This document shows positions 46,516-57,400 of a stretch of 64,000 nt of DNA, in pieces. The notes beneath the pieces are model-generated. The model had not been told where the DNA came from. It did no database searches and saw only the letters and a program-made list of their open reading frames with translations. Both the position numbers and the translations under genes were made by a program. Within the stretch, counting starts at the first letter, position 1. Each line of letters opens with the position of its first letter. Source of the DNA: Myxococcales bacterium (GTDB lineage Bacteria > Myxococcota_A > UBA9042); the NCBI GenBank assembly GCA_037441385.1, contig JBBISH010000015.1:1-64000 (forward strand). Direction: 5' to 3'.

Positions 46516-49500
46516 ATGAAGACCGCACGTTCCAGCCGCCTTGTCCCGAATCGCCGCATCCCCACCCACATCCAGCAACTGATTGATCATCCGTCGCGCG
46601 GCGGGTGCGGCGTGGGGGCGATTGCCGACCTGCGCGGCCCCAGCCACGGCCTGATCGACGAAGCGCTTGCCGCCCTGGTGTCCATGGAACACCGCGGGGG
46701 CGCGTTGGACGACACCGGCGATGGCGCGGGCCTGCTTTTTACCCTGGATGCCAAGTGGTTTTCGCGCTTCGTCGCGCCCGGCAAGCACGTGCCCGAAGGT
46801 GACCACTTGTCGGTGGGCGTGGTGCTGTTTCCGCTGGCCGCGGCCGGCAATATCCGCGTGTGGCAAGAGGAAATTGACGCTCACCTGCGTCGCGAGGGCC
46901 TGGCGCCGCTGGGATGGCGGCGCGTGCCGGTTGACGAGAGTGCGCTGGGTCGGGCCGCCGCCGAGTCGCGCCGCGAAGTGTGGCAAGTGCTCATCGGCGA
47001 AGGTTTGGTCCCGCCCAAGAAGTTGGCAATCGCCTTGTGGCGCGCCAAGGAGCACATCGAACTGGCGGTGCGCGATGTGTACCTGGCCTCGTTCACGCCG
47101 CGGACGGTGGTGTACAAAGCGCTTTGCACCGGCGAACAGTTGGGCAAGTTCTACCTGGACTTCCATGACCCCGAGCTCACCACCCAAGCCGTGGTGTTCC
47201 ACCGGCGCTATTCGACCAACACGTTCTCGGACTGGCTCTTGGCCCAGCCCTTCCGCACGCTGGCGCACAACGGCGAGATCAACACCATTAAGGCGACGCG
47301 CGACGCAGCGCGCAACCTGGCCAAAGAGCTAGGGTTCCAAGAGTTGCTGATGAAGCAGGGCTCGGACTCGGCCGACTTGGACCGCGTGATCGAGGTGCTG
47401 ACTGCCCACGGGGTGCCGCTGCTGGAGGCCTTGCTGCGGTTGATGCCGCCAGCGCACGGCGACGAGCCCGACTATCCCAGGCAGGCTGCGCTGTTCCACC
47501 GCGGCGTGCAGCGCGCGATGGGCACGCTGGGGGCGTGGGAGGGCCCGGCGGCGTTGGTGGCCACGGACGGCGATCATGTGGTGGCTACGCTGGACCGCAT
47601 GGGTCTGCGGCCGCTACGCTGGCTACGCACGCACCAAGGTAAGGTGGCGATTTGCAGCGAGATCGGCTGCTTGAACGTGGATCCCGCCGACATCGCCGAA
47701 ACGCGGCAGCTGGATCCCGGCCAGGCGTTTGCCGTGGACCTGACCCAAGGCAAGATCTTGCAACCCCATGAAGTAGTAGCCGAAGTGCTGCGTCACACGC
47801 CCCTGAACGTGGGCGAGTTGGCGGAGCAGCAGCTGTTACCGATGCCGTCGCGCGGACCGCTGGCCCACGGCCGCCCCACGGCCGCGACCCTGACCCTGGC
47901 GGGCTGGACGGCCGAGCGGGTGCGCACGGCCAAGGCGCTGGCCGAGCATGGCGCCGAGCCGATGACGTCGATGGGCTACGACCGGCCGCTGGCGGCGCTG
48001 AGCCCGACGCGGCCGCCACTGTACAAGTACTTCCGGCAGATCATCGCCGTCGTCACCAACCCGCCGATCGACCCGATTCGCGAAGGCTCGGCCATTGACC
48101 TGGGCGTGTTCTTGGGTCGCACGCCGCGGGCCTACAGCGACTCGAACGAGTACCGCGTGTTCCCGCAAGTCCGCGCCAAGTCGCCCTTCTTGACCGAGGC
48201 CGAGGTGCGAGGACTGCTGACCCGCGATCCGCCGGGACCCAGCGGTCACCCGGCCGACGCGCCGACGCCACTGCCGGATACGCGAGTGATCGACGCGACT
48301 TACCCCATCGAGGGCGGCAGCAAGGCCCTGTCGGCGCGCCTGGCGTTCTTGGCGGCCGAGTCGGTGCGCATCGCCCGCAAGCGCGAGTCGGCCGTGTTGG
48401 TGCTGAGCGACGCTGCGGCCCTAGAGAACCCGCAAGAGCGGCTGATGATGCCGATGCTGTTGCTGGTGGGGGCGATGCACTCGGCGCTGGTGCGGCACGG
48501 CTTGCGGCGGCGCTTGTCGCTGGTGGCCGTGGCGAGCGACGTGCAAGAGCCCCACGATGGCGCCGTGCTGTTGGCCAATGGGGCCGACGCGATTTGCCCC
48601 ACCTTGGCGTTTTCTTTGGCACATGAAGCCTTTGGCAACGACGGCGTGATCCGCGCCAAGAAGGCTTTTGACACGGGCCTGCGGCGGATCCTGTCCAAGA
48701 TGGGCATCACCTCGGTCGATGGCTACCGCGGCTCGCGCCTGTTCGAAGCCGTGGGCATCGCAGGGGATATCGTAGAGTTCTACCTGCCTGGGACCACCTC
48801 GCGCCTGGGCGGTCTGGAGCTGGGCGACATCGACAGCGACATCCGCGAGCGCCACCGCCAGGCGCAGCTGAGCGTGGGCACGCCGCGCAGCCTGGACGCC
48901 AAGCTCTACCGCAAGGAAGTGCTGCACCAGTTGCAGTTGGTGGCCCGCGGCGACGACCCGGGAGCCTGGGGCCGTTTCATGGCCGCGGTGCAAGCGACGC
49001 CCCCGGTGTACCTGCGCGATCTTCTCGACTTCCACAAGGAGGCCGTGCAGCCCTTGCCCCTGGATCAGGTGGCACCGGCGCGCGAAGTGGCGGCGTCGAC
49101 CTTTGTCGCGGCGGCCATGAGCCACGGCGCGCTGCACCGCATCGCCCACCGGGCTATTGCCGGCGCTTTCAACGAGCTTGGGGCCTTCTCGAACAGCGGC
49201 GAAGGCGGCGAGGACACCCGGCGCAACCCCGGCGGCGCCTGGCAGGCCGACCGATCGCGCATCCGCCAGGTGGCCAGTGCTCGCTTTGGCGTGGACGCCG
49301 CCTACTTGCGCGGCGCCGACGAACTGCAGATCAAGATCGGCCAGGGCGCCAAGCCCGGCGAAGGCGGCCATCTGCCCGGCGAAAAGGTGACGGCCGAGAT
49401 CGCCGCGATTCGCCGGTGTCCACCCGGAGTTACGCTGATCTCGCCGCCGCCGCACCACGACATCTACTCGATCGAAGACCTGGCGCAGCTGATCCACAAC

Positions 49501-51054
49501 CTGCGCGCGGTGCACCCCAAGGCCACCATCAGTGTCAAGTGCCCCAGCACCACCGACTTGGGCACCATCGTGGTGGGTGTGGCCAAGGCGGGCGCCGACG
49601 TCATCGACATCTCGGGCGCCGAGGGCGGCACGGGCGCTGCCGCAGCTTCGTCGATCGAGCACGCCGGCCTGCCCGTCGAGCGCGGCCTGGCGGAAGCCCA
49701 TCAAGCCTTGGTGGTCAACGGCATCCGCAACGAGGTGCGCCTGCGCGCCGATGGCGGCATCAAGACCGGCGACGACGTGGTCAAATTGCTGTGCTTGGGC
49801 GCCGACGAGGTCGCGCTGGGTACGGCGCTGATGATCGCCGAGCAATGCATCTTCTGCCATGGCTGCAGCAAGGGCACCTGCCCATCGGGCATTACGACCC
49901 AAGATCAAGTGGTGTTCCAACGCTTCATGGTCGGCCACGGCGAGGCCAAGCGCGCCCTGCCCGTGGACACCAGTGAAGAAGAACGCTACCAGGAGGCGCG
50001 GCGCGGCGTGGTCCACTACCTGCTGGCGCTGGCCGAGGCGGTGCGGCAGCGACTGGCCGAGCTGGGCGTGCGCTCGCCGCGCGAGCTGACCGGGCGGGTG
50101 GATCTGCTGGACCAGATCAGCCGCGGGGAACCGCGGGCAGACAAGCTGGACCTCTCGGCATTGCTGTACGACGCCCGGCCGCTGCTCAGCCACCCCGAGA
50201 TGCTGGGCAGCGTACGCTGCGCAGCCAAGCGACTGCCGGCAACATCGCTCAACTTTGACCTTTGGGCGGCAGCCCAGGCACTTACTGGCCAGCCGATCGA
50301 ACGGCGGGTGCGCAACGTGGACCGCGCGGTCGGCGCGACGCTGGCGGGCGAGCTCGCGGCGGGCGAGCTGCGCCCCAAGGGGACCTTGGACGTGGTTCTG
50401 CGCGGCGAGGCCGGCCAAGGCCTGGGCTTCGCTTGCGTGGACGGGCTGCATCTGACCTTGCACGGCCAGGCCAACGACGGCGTGGGCGAGGCCATCTCGG
50501 GCGGGCGGATCGTGGTGCGGCAGCCGCGCGGCATGGCGGCGAGCGAGGCCAGCGTGGCCGGAAACGCGGTGGGCTATGGCGCGGTCGGCGGGGAGATCTT
50601 CCTACAGGGACGTGCAGGTCAGCGCTTTGGCGTGCGCAATTCCGGCGGCACGCTGGTCTGCGAGGGAGCGGGCAAGTACGCGTTTGAGTACATGACCGAC
50701 GGCACCGCACTGGTGCTGGGCGGGGTGGGCCCGCTGCTGGGCAGCGGCATGACGGGCGGCGTGGTCTACCTGTGGGATCCGGCGTCGAATTGCGAACCGC
50801 GCCTATCGGCCGACGTGGGCGCGATGGCGGTGGAGCCCGAGGAAATCCAGATCTTGCACGGACTTTTGCGGCAACATCACCAGCTTACGGCCTCCCCCGC
50901 TGCTGGGGACGTGCTCAAGCGCTGGCCCGCGTCCTTGGGCGAGTTTGCGGCCATCCGCCCCAGCGCCGAGGTGGCCCGTCGCCAGGCCGCGCGCGCCGCC
51001 GCGGAAGCCGCCGCCCTGGCCGAAGAAGCCGAGATACCAGGGGTTGCCGGGTAG
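46516..51054 (+). CDS. gltB: Glutamate synthase large subunit (Fd-GOGAT-like architecture; no gltD adjacent)
   Basis: CGVG Ntn-amidotransferase start, HRRYSTNT, AHNGEIN, AMSHGAL, SNSGEGGED, QVASARFGV, QGAKPGEGGHLPG, SPPPHHDIYSIEDL, GXGXG domain. Confidence 0.95.
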   Translation: MKTARSSRLVPNRRIPTHIQQLIDHPSRGGCGVGAIADLRGPSHGLIDEALAALVSMEHRGGALDDTGDGAGLLFTLDAKWFSRFVAPGKHVPEGDHLSVGVVLFPLAAAGNIRVWQEEIDAHLRREGLAPLGWRRVPVDESALGRAAAESRREVWQVLIGEGLVPPKKLAIALWRAKEHIELAVRDVYLASFTPRTVVYKALCTGEQLGKFYLDFHDPELTTQAVVFHRRYSTNTFSDWLLAQPFRTLAHNGEINTIKATRDAARNLAKELGFQELLMKQGSDSADLDRVIEVLTAHGVPLLEALLRLMPPAHGDEPDYPRQAALFHRGVQRAMGTLGAWEGPAALVATDGDHVVATLDRMGLRPLRWLRTHQGKVAICSEIGCLNVDPADIAETRQLDPGQAFAVDLTQGKILQPHEVVAEVLRHTPLNVGELAEQQLLPMPSRGPLAHGRPTAATLTLAGWTAERVRTAKALAEHGAEPMTSMGYDRPLAALSPTRPPLYKYFRQIIAVVTNPPIDPIREGSAIDLGVFLGRTPRAYSDSNEYRVFPQVRAKSPFLTEAEVRGLLTRDPPGPSGHPADAPTPLPDTRVIDATYPIEGGSKALSARLAFLAAESVRIARKRESAVLVLSDAAALENPQERLMMPMLLLVGAMHSALVRHGLRRRLSLVAVASDVQEPHDGAVLLANGADAICPTLAFSLAHEAFGNDGVIRAKKAFDTGLRRILSKMGITSVDGYRGSRLFEAVGIAGDIVEFYLPGTTSRLGGLELGDIDSDIRERHRQAQLSVGTPRSLDAKLYRKEVLHQLQLVARGDDPGAWGRFMAAVQATPPVYLRDLLDFHKEAVQPLPLDQVAPAREVAASTFVAAAMSHGALHRIAHRAIAGAFNELGAFSNSGEGGEDTRRNPGGAWQADRSRIRQVASARFGVDAAYLRGADELQIKIGQGAKPGEGGHLPGEKVTAEIAAIRRCPPGVTLISPPPHHDIYSIEDLAQLIHNLRAVHPKATISVKCPSTTDLGTIVVGVAKAGADVIDISGAEGGTGAAAASSIEHAGLPVERGLAEAHQALVVNGIRNEVRLRADGGIKTGDDVVKLLCLGADEVALGTALMIAEQCIFCHGCSKGTCPSGITTQDQVVFQRFMVGHGEAKRALPVDTSEEERYQEARRGVVHYLLALAEAVRQRLAELGVRSPRELTGRVDLLDQISRGEPRADKLDLSALLYDARPLLSHPEMLGSVRCAAKRLPATSLNFDLWAAAQALTGQPIERRVRNVDRAVGATLAGELAAGELRPKGTLDVVLRGEAGQGLGFACVDGLHLTLHGQANDGVGEAISGGRIVVRQPRGMAASEASVAGNAVGYGAVGGEIFLQGRAGQRFGVRNSGGTLVCEGAGKYAFEYMTDGTALVLGGVGPLLGSGMTGGVVYLWDPASNCEPRLSADVGAMAVEPEEIQILHGLLRQHHQLTASPAAGDVLKRWPASLGEFAAIRPSAEVARRQAARAAAEAAALAEEAEIPGVAG

Positions 51055-51090
51055 CTGGTCAAGCGACAGCCGGGCGGCTAGACTGCGGCC

Positions 51091-52488
51091 ATGAAGCTCT
51101 CCGCCACCGTTCACGGCACTACCTTTACCTTTGCCAGCTTGAAGGACGCGCTCAACCGCGCCAGCGAGCTGAAGTCGGGCGATCGCGCCGCAGGCCTTTG
51201 TGCCGAGTCGACCAGCCAGCGCGTGGCCGCCAAAGAGGTGATTGCCAGCCTGGAGTTGCGGCACTTCTTCGAGAATCCGTCAGTGCCGTACGAGCAGGAC
51301 GAGATCACGCGCCTCATCGTCGACGACCTGGACCAGCGCGCCTACAAGCGCATCCAGAGCTGGAGCGTGGGCCAACTGCGCGAGTGGCTGCTGGATCGCC
51401 GCACCAATGGCGAGGACATCGCGGCGGTGTCGCCCGGCCTGACGCCCGAGATGGTGTCGGCGACCGCCAAACTGATGAGCGCGATGGACCTGATGGTAGC
51501 CGGGCGCAAGATGCGGGTGGTCAAGAAGTGCAACAATACTATCGGCTTGGACGGGCGCATTTCGAGCCGCCTGCAGCCCAACCACCCGGTGGACGACGTG
51601 GCGGGCATCCTGGCCGCGGTCAAAGAGGGCCTGGCCTACGGCAACGGTGACGCGGTCATCGGCATCAACCCGGCCACCGAGTCGACCGAGAACACGGCGG
51701 CGATCCTCCACGCGGTCAAGGACTTGATGCGCCAGCATCGCATTCCGACCCAGGTGTGCGTGCTCGCCCACGTCAGCGTGCAGATGGACGCGATCCGCCG
51801 CTTCAAGGCCCCCGTCGACCTGTGCTTTCAGAGCCTGGCCGGCACCGAGAAGGCGAACCGCAACTTTGGGATTTCGGTGGCGCTCATCGACGAGGCCTAC
51901 GACCTGACGCGCCGCGAAGGCACGGCGCAAGGGCCGAACGTGATGTACTTCGAGACGGGCCAGGGGACGGCGCTATCCGCCAATGCTCACTACGAGACCG
52001 ACCAGACCACGATGGAAGCGCGCACCTACGGGTTTGCGCGGCGGTACTCGCCCTTCCTGGTCAATTCGGTCGTTGGTTTCATTGGGCCTGAATATCTACA
52101 GAACGGCAAGCAGATCACCCGCGCCGGTCTGGAAGACCACTTCATGGGCAAGCTGATGGGCGTGTCGATGGGCACCGACGTGTGCTACACCAACCATGCG
52201 GACAGCGACCAGGACGACCAAGAATGCCTTGAAGTGCTGCTGGCTTCGGCCGGGGTGAACTACCTAATGGGCATCCCGCTGGGCGACGACGTGATGCTCA
52301 ACTACAACACCACGAGCTTTCACGATAACGCGCAACTGCGTGAATTGCTGGGACTGCGCCCTGCCCCGGAGTTCGAAGCCTGGATGGAGCGCATCGGCCT
52401 GTGGCGGGGCGGCAAGCTGACCGAGCGGGCCGGCGACGCCACCCTGTTCGAGTCGGCGTGGTCGGCGCGCGCGGAGCGGAAGTTCTAG
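51091..52488 (+). CDS. eutB: Ethanolamine ammonia-lyase large subunit
   Basis: KSGD, RLQPNHPVDD, GDAVIGINP, CVLAHV, VDLCFQS, NVMYFETGQG, VVGFIGPEYL, EDHFMGKL, DVCYTNH, DVMLNY.TTSFHD. Confidence 0.95.
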   Translation: MKLSATVHGTTFTFASLKDALNRASELKSGDRAAGLCAESTSQRVAAKEVIASLELRHFFENPSVPYEQDEITRLIVDDLDQRAYKRIQSWSVGQLREWLLDRRTNGEDIAAVSPGLTPEMVSATAKLMSAMDLMVAGRKMRVVKKCNNTIGLDGRISSRLQPNHPVDDVAGILAAVKEGLAYGNGDAVIGINPATESTENTAAILHAVKDLMRQHRIPTQVCVLAHVSVQMDAIRRFKAPVDLCFQSLAGTEKANRNFGISVALIDEAYDLTRREGTAQGPNVMYFETGQGTALSANAHYETDQTTMEARTYGFARRYSPFLVNSVVGFIGPEYLQNGKQITRAGLEDHFMGKLMGVSMGTDVCYTNHADSDQDDQECLEVLLASAGVNYLMGIPLGDDVMLNYNTTSFHDNAQLRELLGLRPAPEFEAWMERIGLWRGGKLTERAGDATLFESAWSARAERKF

Positions 52489-52494
52489 CTGAGT

Positions 52495-53427
52495 CTAGAG
52501 CGAGCAGCTGTCGATCAGCTCTTCGGCCAGGTCGGGACCGCCAAAGTCGCGGATCTCGTGGATGCCGGTGGGGCTGGTGACGTTGATCTCGGTCAGGTGT
52601 TCGCCGATGAGGTCGATGCCGACGAACAGGTGCCCGGCGGCCCACAGATCGGGCCCCAGGCGGTCGCAGATCGCTTGCTCGCGCGGCGTCAGCGGGCTCA
52701 GCTCGGTAGTGGCGCCGATGTGGATGTTGCCGCGCAAGTCGTCGGCCGGCGGAATGCGCAAGAGCCCCGCGCGCGCCTTGCCGGCCACAAAGATGACGCG
52801 CTTGTCGCCGGTGACGACCTGCGGCAAGTACTTCTGCACCAACACGAATTCCTTACCGTGCCGCGTCGAGATCTCGAGCAGCGAGCGCGTATTCAGATCG
52901 CCCGGATGCAGAGCCACGATGCCGTTGCCGCCCGAAAAGGACAGGGGCTTGATGACCACCGACCCACCGACGTCGCGTTGAAACTGCATGATTTCAGTCA
53001 TGCTTCGCGTCAGCAGCGACGGTGGACTCAGCTCGGGATAGGCGAGCAGCGAGGTCTTCTCGTTCCACGACCGCAGCGCCGCCGGCTGCGACCAAACCCG
53101 AGTCGTCTTGGGCGCTTGATCCAGCACATAGGTGGCAGCGATGTACTGCATGTCAAACGGCGGGTCCTTGCGCATCCAGACCACGTCAAAGTGGCCAAGC
53201 GGCAGCGACTCGGGCTCGCCGTGCTGAACGTGTTCCCCCTGCACCGGCCGGACGTGCAGCGACCGACACCGCGCAAACCCTTGATTACCGCGCGCAAATA
53301 GCCCGTCGGTGTCGCACGACCACAGCGCGTGACCGCGGCCCTGTGCCGCCAGCATCAGCGCGAACGAAGAGTCTTTGCGGATGTCGATGGGCCCGAGCGG
53401 GTCCACGACGAAAAGGTGGCGCGTCAT
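52495..53427 (-). CDS. gshB: Glutathione synthetase (prokaryotic ATP-grasp type)
   Basis: KDSSFALM.AAQ.RG, MRKDPPFD, NEK, GDKRV, RGNIHIG, EINVTSPTG. Confidence 0.92.
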   Translation of the reverse strand: MTRHLFVVDPLGPIDIRKDSSFALMLAAQGRGHALWSCDTDGLFARGNQGFARCRSLHVRPVQGEHVQHGEPESLPLGHFDVVWMRKDPPFDMQYIAATYVLDQAPKTTRVWSQPAALRSWNEKTSLLAYPELSPPSLLTRSMTEIMQFQRDVGGSVVIKPLSFSGGNGIVALHPGDLNTRSLLEISTRHGKEFVLVQKYLPQVVTGDKRVIFVAGKARAGLLRIPPADDLRGNIHIGATTELSPLTPREQAICDRLGPDLWAAGHLFVGIDLIGEHLTEINVTSPTGIHEIRDFGGPDLAEELIDSCSL

Positions 53428-53530
53428 GATGGCGACCCCCAAAATGCCAACCCTGCAGTTGGCCCAATGGTGCAGCGAAACAGCCCGGCTTGGGCGCGCA
53501 GGTGCAACTCAACCAGCATCGGGCAGGCGG

Positions 53531-53578
53531 AAAAGGAAGGGCGCCAACAAAATCAACACGATTCGGTTGGCGCCCTTC
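53531..53578 (-). terminator. Probable intrinsic terminator after the OB-fold lipoprotein gene
   Basis: Perfect 13-bp inverted repeat GAAGGGCGCCAAC / GTTGGCGCCCTTC followed by CTTTT on the minus strand. Confidence 0.65.
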
Positions 53579-53608
53579 TTCGCCGCAACGGCGTGCTAGG
53601 ACAACAAG

Positions 53609-54316
53609 TTACGGGTGACCAGCGGGCATTTGCGGCTGGCCAGCAGGAGCGGCCGGCGCGGCGGCCGGGGCGGGAGCTGCAGCCGGAGCCGGAGCAGCGC
53701 CGGGAGCGGGAGCGGCGGCCGGAGCGGGAGCCGCACCGGGATCTTCCACCGTGACTTCGCTGTCCTTGAGCAGCACGTCGTACTTGTAGCCAGCGCCGAT
53801 GTCCTGGTTGATGGCGATCGTGCCCTTGACCACGACCCGGGCGCCCTTGTTGGCTTCACCCTTGGTGGTGATCACGACCTTGCCGGTTTTGTCCTGCACG
53901 TGCAGCCAGTTGCGATCCAGGATGCCGCGGTTGACCTTGACGACGATGCCGCGCACGGACACGACCTTGCCGTCCATGTCCTTGGCCTTGGCGTTCAGGT
54001 CGCCCACAGTCATGTCGGCCGCCGGGAAATCACCAATGGCTACTTCGGCCGTGGGCTCCATGGGCGGGTGTCCGGCTGGCAACGCCCCAGGACCGGCCAC
54101 AGGCGCAGCACCCGGCGCAGCACCCGGCGCAGCAGAGGCACCAGCACCAGCACCGGGCGGCGGCGTGGGCACAGCGCCCGTCGCGGCAGCGGGCTGCTCG
54201 GCGGCGGGGACGGTGGTCACGGCCTGGGCAGCCGGCTTGGGCGGTTCCTTGTTGCAGGCCGCGAGCGAAAGAGGGAGGGAAAGGACCAAGAACGATGAAA
54301 GGGTGTAGAACTTCAT
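53609..54316 (-). CDS. Lipoprotein with an OB-fold-like domain and two PAGHP motifs
   Basis: Lipobox LAAC; VSVRGIVVKVNRGILDRNWLHVQD..DIGAGYKY; LPAGHPPM and C-terminal MPAGHP in Ala/Pro linkers. Confidence 0.75.
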   Translation of the reverse strand: MKFYTLSSFLVLSLPLSLAACNKEPPKPAAQAVTTVPAAEQPAAATGAVPTPPPGAGAGASAAPGAAPGAAPVAGPGALPAGHPPMEPTAEVAIGDFPAADMTVGDLNAKAKDMDGKVVSVRGIVVKVNRGILDRNWLHVQDKTGKVVITTKGEANKGARVVVKGTIAINQDIGAGYKYDVLLKDSEVTVEDPGAAPAPAAAPAPGAAPAPAAAPAPAAAPAAPAGQPQMPAGHP

Positions 54317-54453
54317 GGCCGCTATGATAATGGCTTTCAGCGCTGGTGCAAGGCAGTTTGCTACACAAGTGTGTCACGCGGCCGTGTTGCGGTTGTAGTG
54401 GGCTGTCCGGCGCGGTACGGTAGACGGGTTGCAGCGGCAACTTGAGGCAGGCG

Positions 54454-57400
54454 ATGGCGCGGAGCAAGGAGCGACGGTCGGCGACCGCGGCGAGGCGGGA
54501 CGGGGCCTGGCGGCGCATCGCTCGCTGGTGCATGGCCGCGCTGGTCCTGGTCGCGCTGGTCCTGGTCGCGCTGCTGGCCGGTCCGGCCCTGGCCAAGCCG
54601 GCGGCGGACACAACTGCCGAGTTGGCGCGCGCCCAAGAACTGGTTCGCCTGCTGGACGGCAAGGGTACGCCAGCGCAACTTTTGGCGGCCGCGCTGGAGT
54701 GGTCGCGTCTGGCGTCCCTGTTGCCGCATCGCTTTGCCGCGAGTGCCACCGATGCCGCCCTCGCCAAGCCGACTCGCGACGTGCCGGGCCGCTGGGCCCG
54801 CGAGATCCTACTGCAAGTCCGAACGGACCTGGGCGCCGCTCCACTGCCCGACCCGGGTGCTGCCCTGCATTGGGCGTGGTTGGGGCCGTTTGGCGACGAG
54901 CACGGGACCGCTCTGCCGCGCAACGGCGCCCTGGAAACCGCGATCGAGTCCACGCCCGGGCCGCTCCCTGCCGCAGCTCCGGGTCGCAGCGGCGAAGTGC
55001 GCTGGCAGCGACCGCCAGCCGGCATGGTGCGCGTCGGAGAGCCGACTCCCCTTGAGGAACTGCTGGACCGGCCCGATGACGCGGAAGTGTACGTCGCGAC
55101 ATGGCTACGCCCGATCAGCGGCGAACCGGCCAAGGCCCAGCTGCGGCTGTGGGTGCAGGGGCCGGCGCGCGTATGGCTGGGCACGCACGCCTTGGCGCCC
55201 GTGGCGGCAAAGCCAGAGAGCACGGGCATGCCCGACGAGACGGCGGCCACGCCAGCGGTAGACGAGTTGCCCGTGGCGTTGGCCGGCGGCTGGCAGCGGG
55301 TCGTGGTCAAGCTGGGCCCGGCCGGTGCCCACGTGGGCTTTGGCTTGCGCGTGGTCGATCCAGGGGGCTTGCCGCTGGCGATCGAGTCGACCGCCACGTG
55401 CCCGGCAGAGGTCGTTGATCCGGTGCCGGAGGCTCCAACCAAAGGTGATTCCAAGGTGTTTGGCCTGTCCTGGCCACCCGACAAGCCGATGCCGGCCGAC
55501 GTGGCGGCGGCTCTGTTGCAGCTGGACTGGCACGGCTGGCCGATTCCAGAGTCACTCCACGAGCAACTGTCGAGCATGGCGCCCGAAGAATTGCCGAGCA
55601 GCTCCGAAGTGGCGCTGGCCCATGCCAACCTGTCCGGCGAGCCCGGTGATCGGGCAGAACTCCTGGATCGCTGGCAGCAATTGCGCCCTGACGACGAGGT
55701 GATCTTGGCAGCCCGCGCGGCGGCGTTGGACGAAATTGGCCACGCCGACCAAGGCCATCGGCTGTGGGTGAGCTGGTCGATCGCCCACCAGCGCCAGCCC
55801 GAGCACCGGTCGACGGCCGCTTGCCGCGCGCGGGTGACGTTGTGGCGGCGGCTGTCGGGGGACCTGGCTGCCCGGCGTTTGCTAGACGCCTGCCGGCGCC
55901 AGTGGCCCGAAGTCCCGGCGTTGCAAGCTGATTGGGCCCGTCAGTTGGAGTCGTCTGAGGACGAGGCGGCAGCGGTGGCCGTGTATCGAACGCTGGCCGA
56001 GCAGACGCCCCGCCCAGAAGCCAAGGCGCGGCTTGCGGTTGCGCTGATCCAGGCCGGCAAGCTGGCCGAAGCGGCGGCGATGCTGGAGGATTTTCGTTTG
56101 CATTATCCCGGCCATACGCGACCGCTGGAGCATCTGGCGCGGGCCTGGCTAGACGAAGGGCAACTGGACCAGGCCGAAGCATGGCTGCAGCGCGTCCCGG
56201 CCCCGCAACGGCGGACCCAGTGGCTGGATTTTGCCGCCCGGCTGGCCCTGCGCCGTGGGCAAAGCGATGTGGCGCAACGGCACTTGCGGCAAGCCGCGGC
56301 CATGGCGCCGCAGCGCGCTGACCTGCGGGCGCGGCTGCAGCGGTTGAGCAAGGGTGCCGACACGCTGAGCAGCCACCACCGGGATCTGTTGGCGTTGGCG
56401 CAAAGCGAGCGCGGCAAAGCGCGGAGCGTTCCGCTGGAGGTTCGTTTCCGGCAAATCGTTTTGCAGGCGCTTGGCAATGGTCAGCAAGCGCGGCGCGAGG
56501 CCGAGCTGACCTACTTGGGCCCGAACTGCAACGGGACGCACACGGTGGCGATCGACTACGCGCCCGATCTCTCGCAGGCCGATGTGCTGCAGGCGATGGT
56601 GGTGCGGGCCGACGGCCGCATCGACCGCAACGTGGCCCAGAGCGTGGACCGCTACACCCAAGATGACTCGGGCATGTACTTTGACCTAGAGAGGATTTCG
56701 CTCACGTTCAAGAACCTGCGCCCAGGTGATGCCATCGTGGTGGAATACGAGGTCCGCGACCTGGGCCCCGCGCCTTTTGGCCTCGTCTTTGGCGAACTAC
56801 TGCAACTGGCCGACGTGGCGCCCGTGCGCCAAACCGAGGTGGCGGTGCAGCTCCCCGGCGACATGCCCCTGCACTTTGCGCTGTACGATCCCCTGCACCC
56901 CGACGCCCCGCCGGCCAAGCCCGAGACCAGCTTAGTGGGCCGCGCCGACGAAGGTGGTCCGTGGCGGCAATGGCAGTGGCAGATTGGCGCCCTGCCGGCC
57001 TTGCCCAGCGACGCCGACGCTCCAGGCGACACCGAGTTGGGGCGGTACCTGCACTTGTCGTCGATGGAGAGCTGGCGCGATGCGGCGCGCTGGTACGGCG
57101 ACGTCTTGGGTCAAGCGTTGCCCAAGCCAGGTCAAGACGCGGTGATCCGCGACCTGGCCCGCAAGTTGACGGCCGGCAAGACTGACCGACTGAGCAAGAT
57201 CAAAGCCGTCTACGAGTATGCGCGCAGCCAGGTGCGCTATGTGGGCCTGGAGTTCGGGATCCACAGCTTGAAGCCGCACGCGCCCCGCGAGGTGGTCCTG
57301 CGTCAATTCGGCGACTGCAAAGACAAGGCGGCACTGATTGTCGCGCTGCTGGCCGAGGTCGACATCGCGGCGCAGGTGGCGTTGGTCCGCACCTCCGAAG

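Noticed and set aside
54535..54573. 15-bp tandem repeat CTGGTCCTGGTCGCG
   Set aside because: An in-frame duplication within a signal-peptide hydrophobic stretch, with no sign of phase variation.
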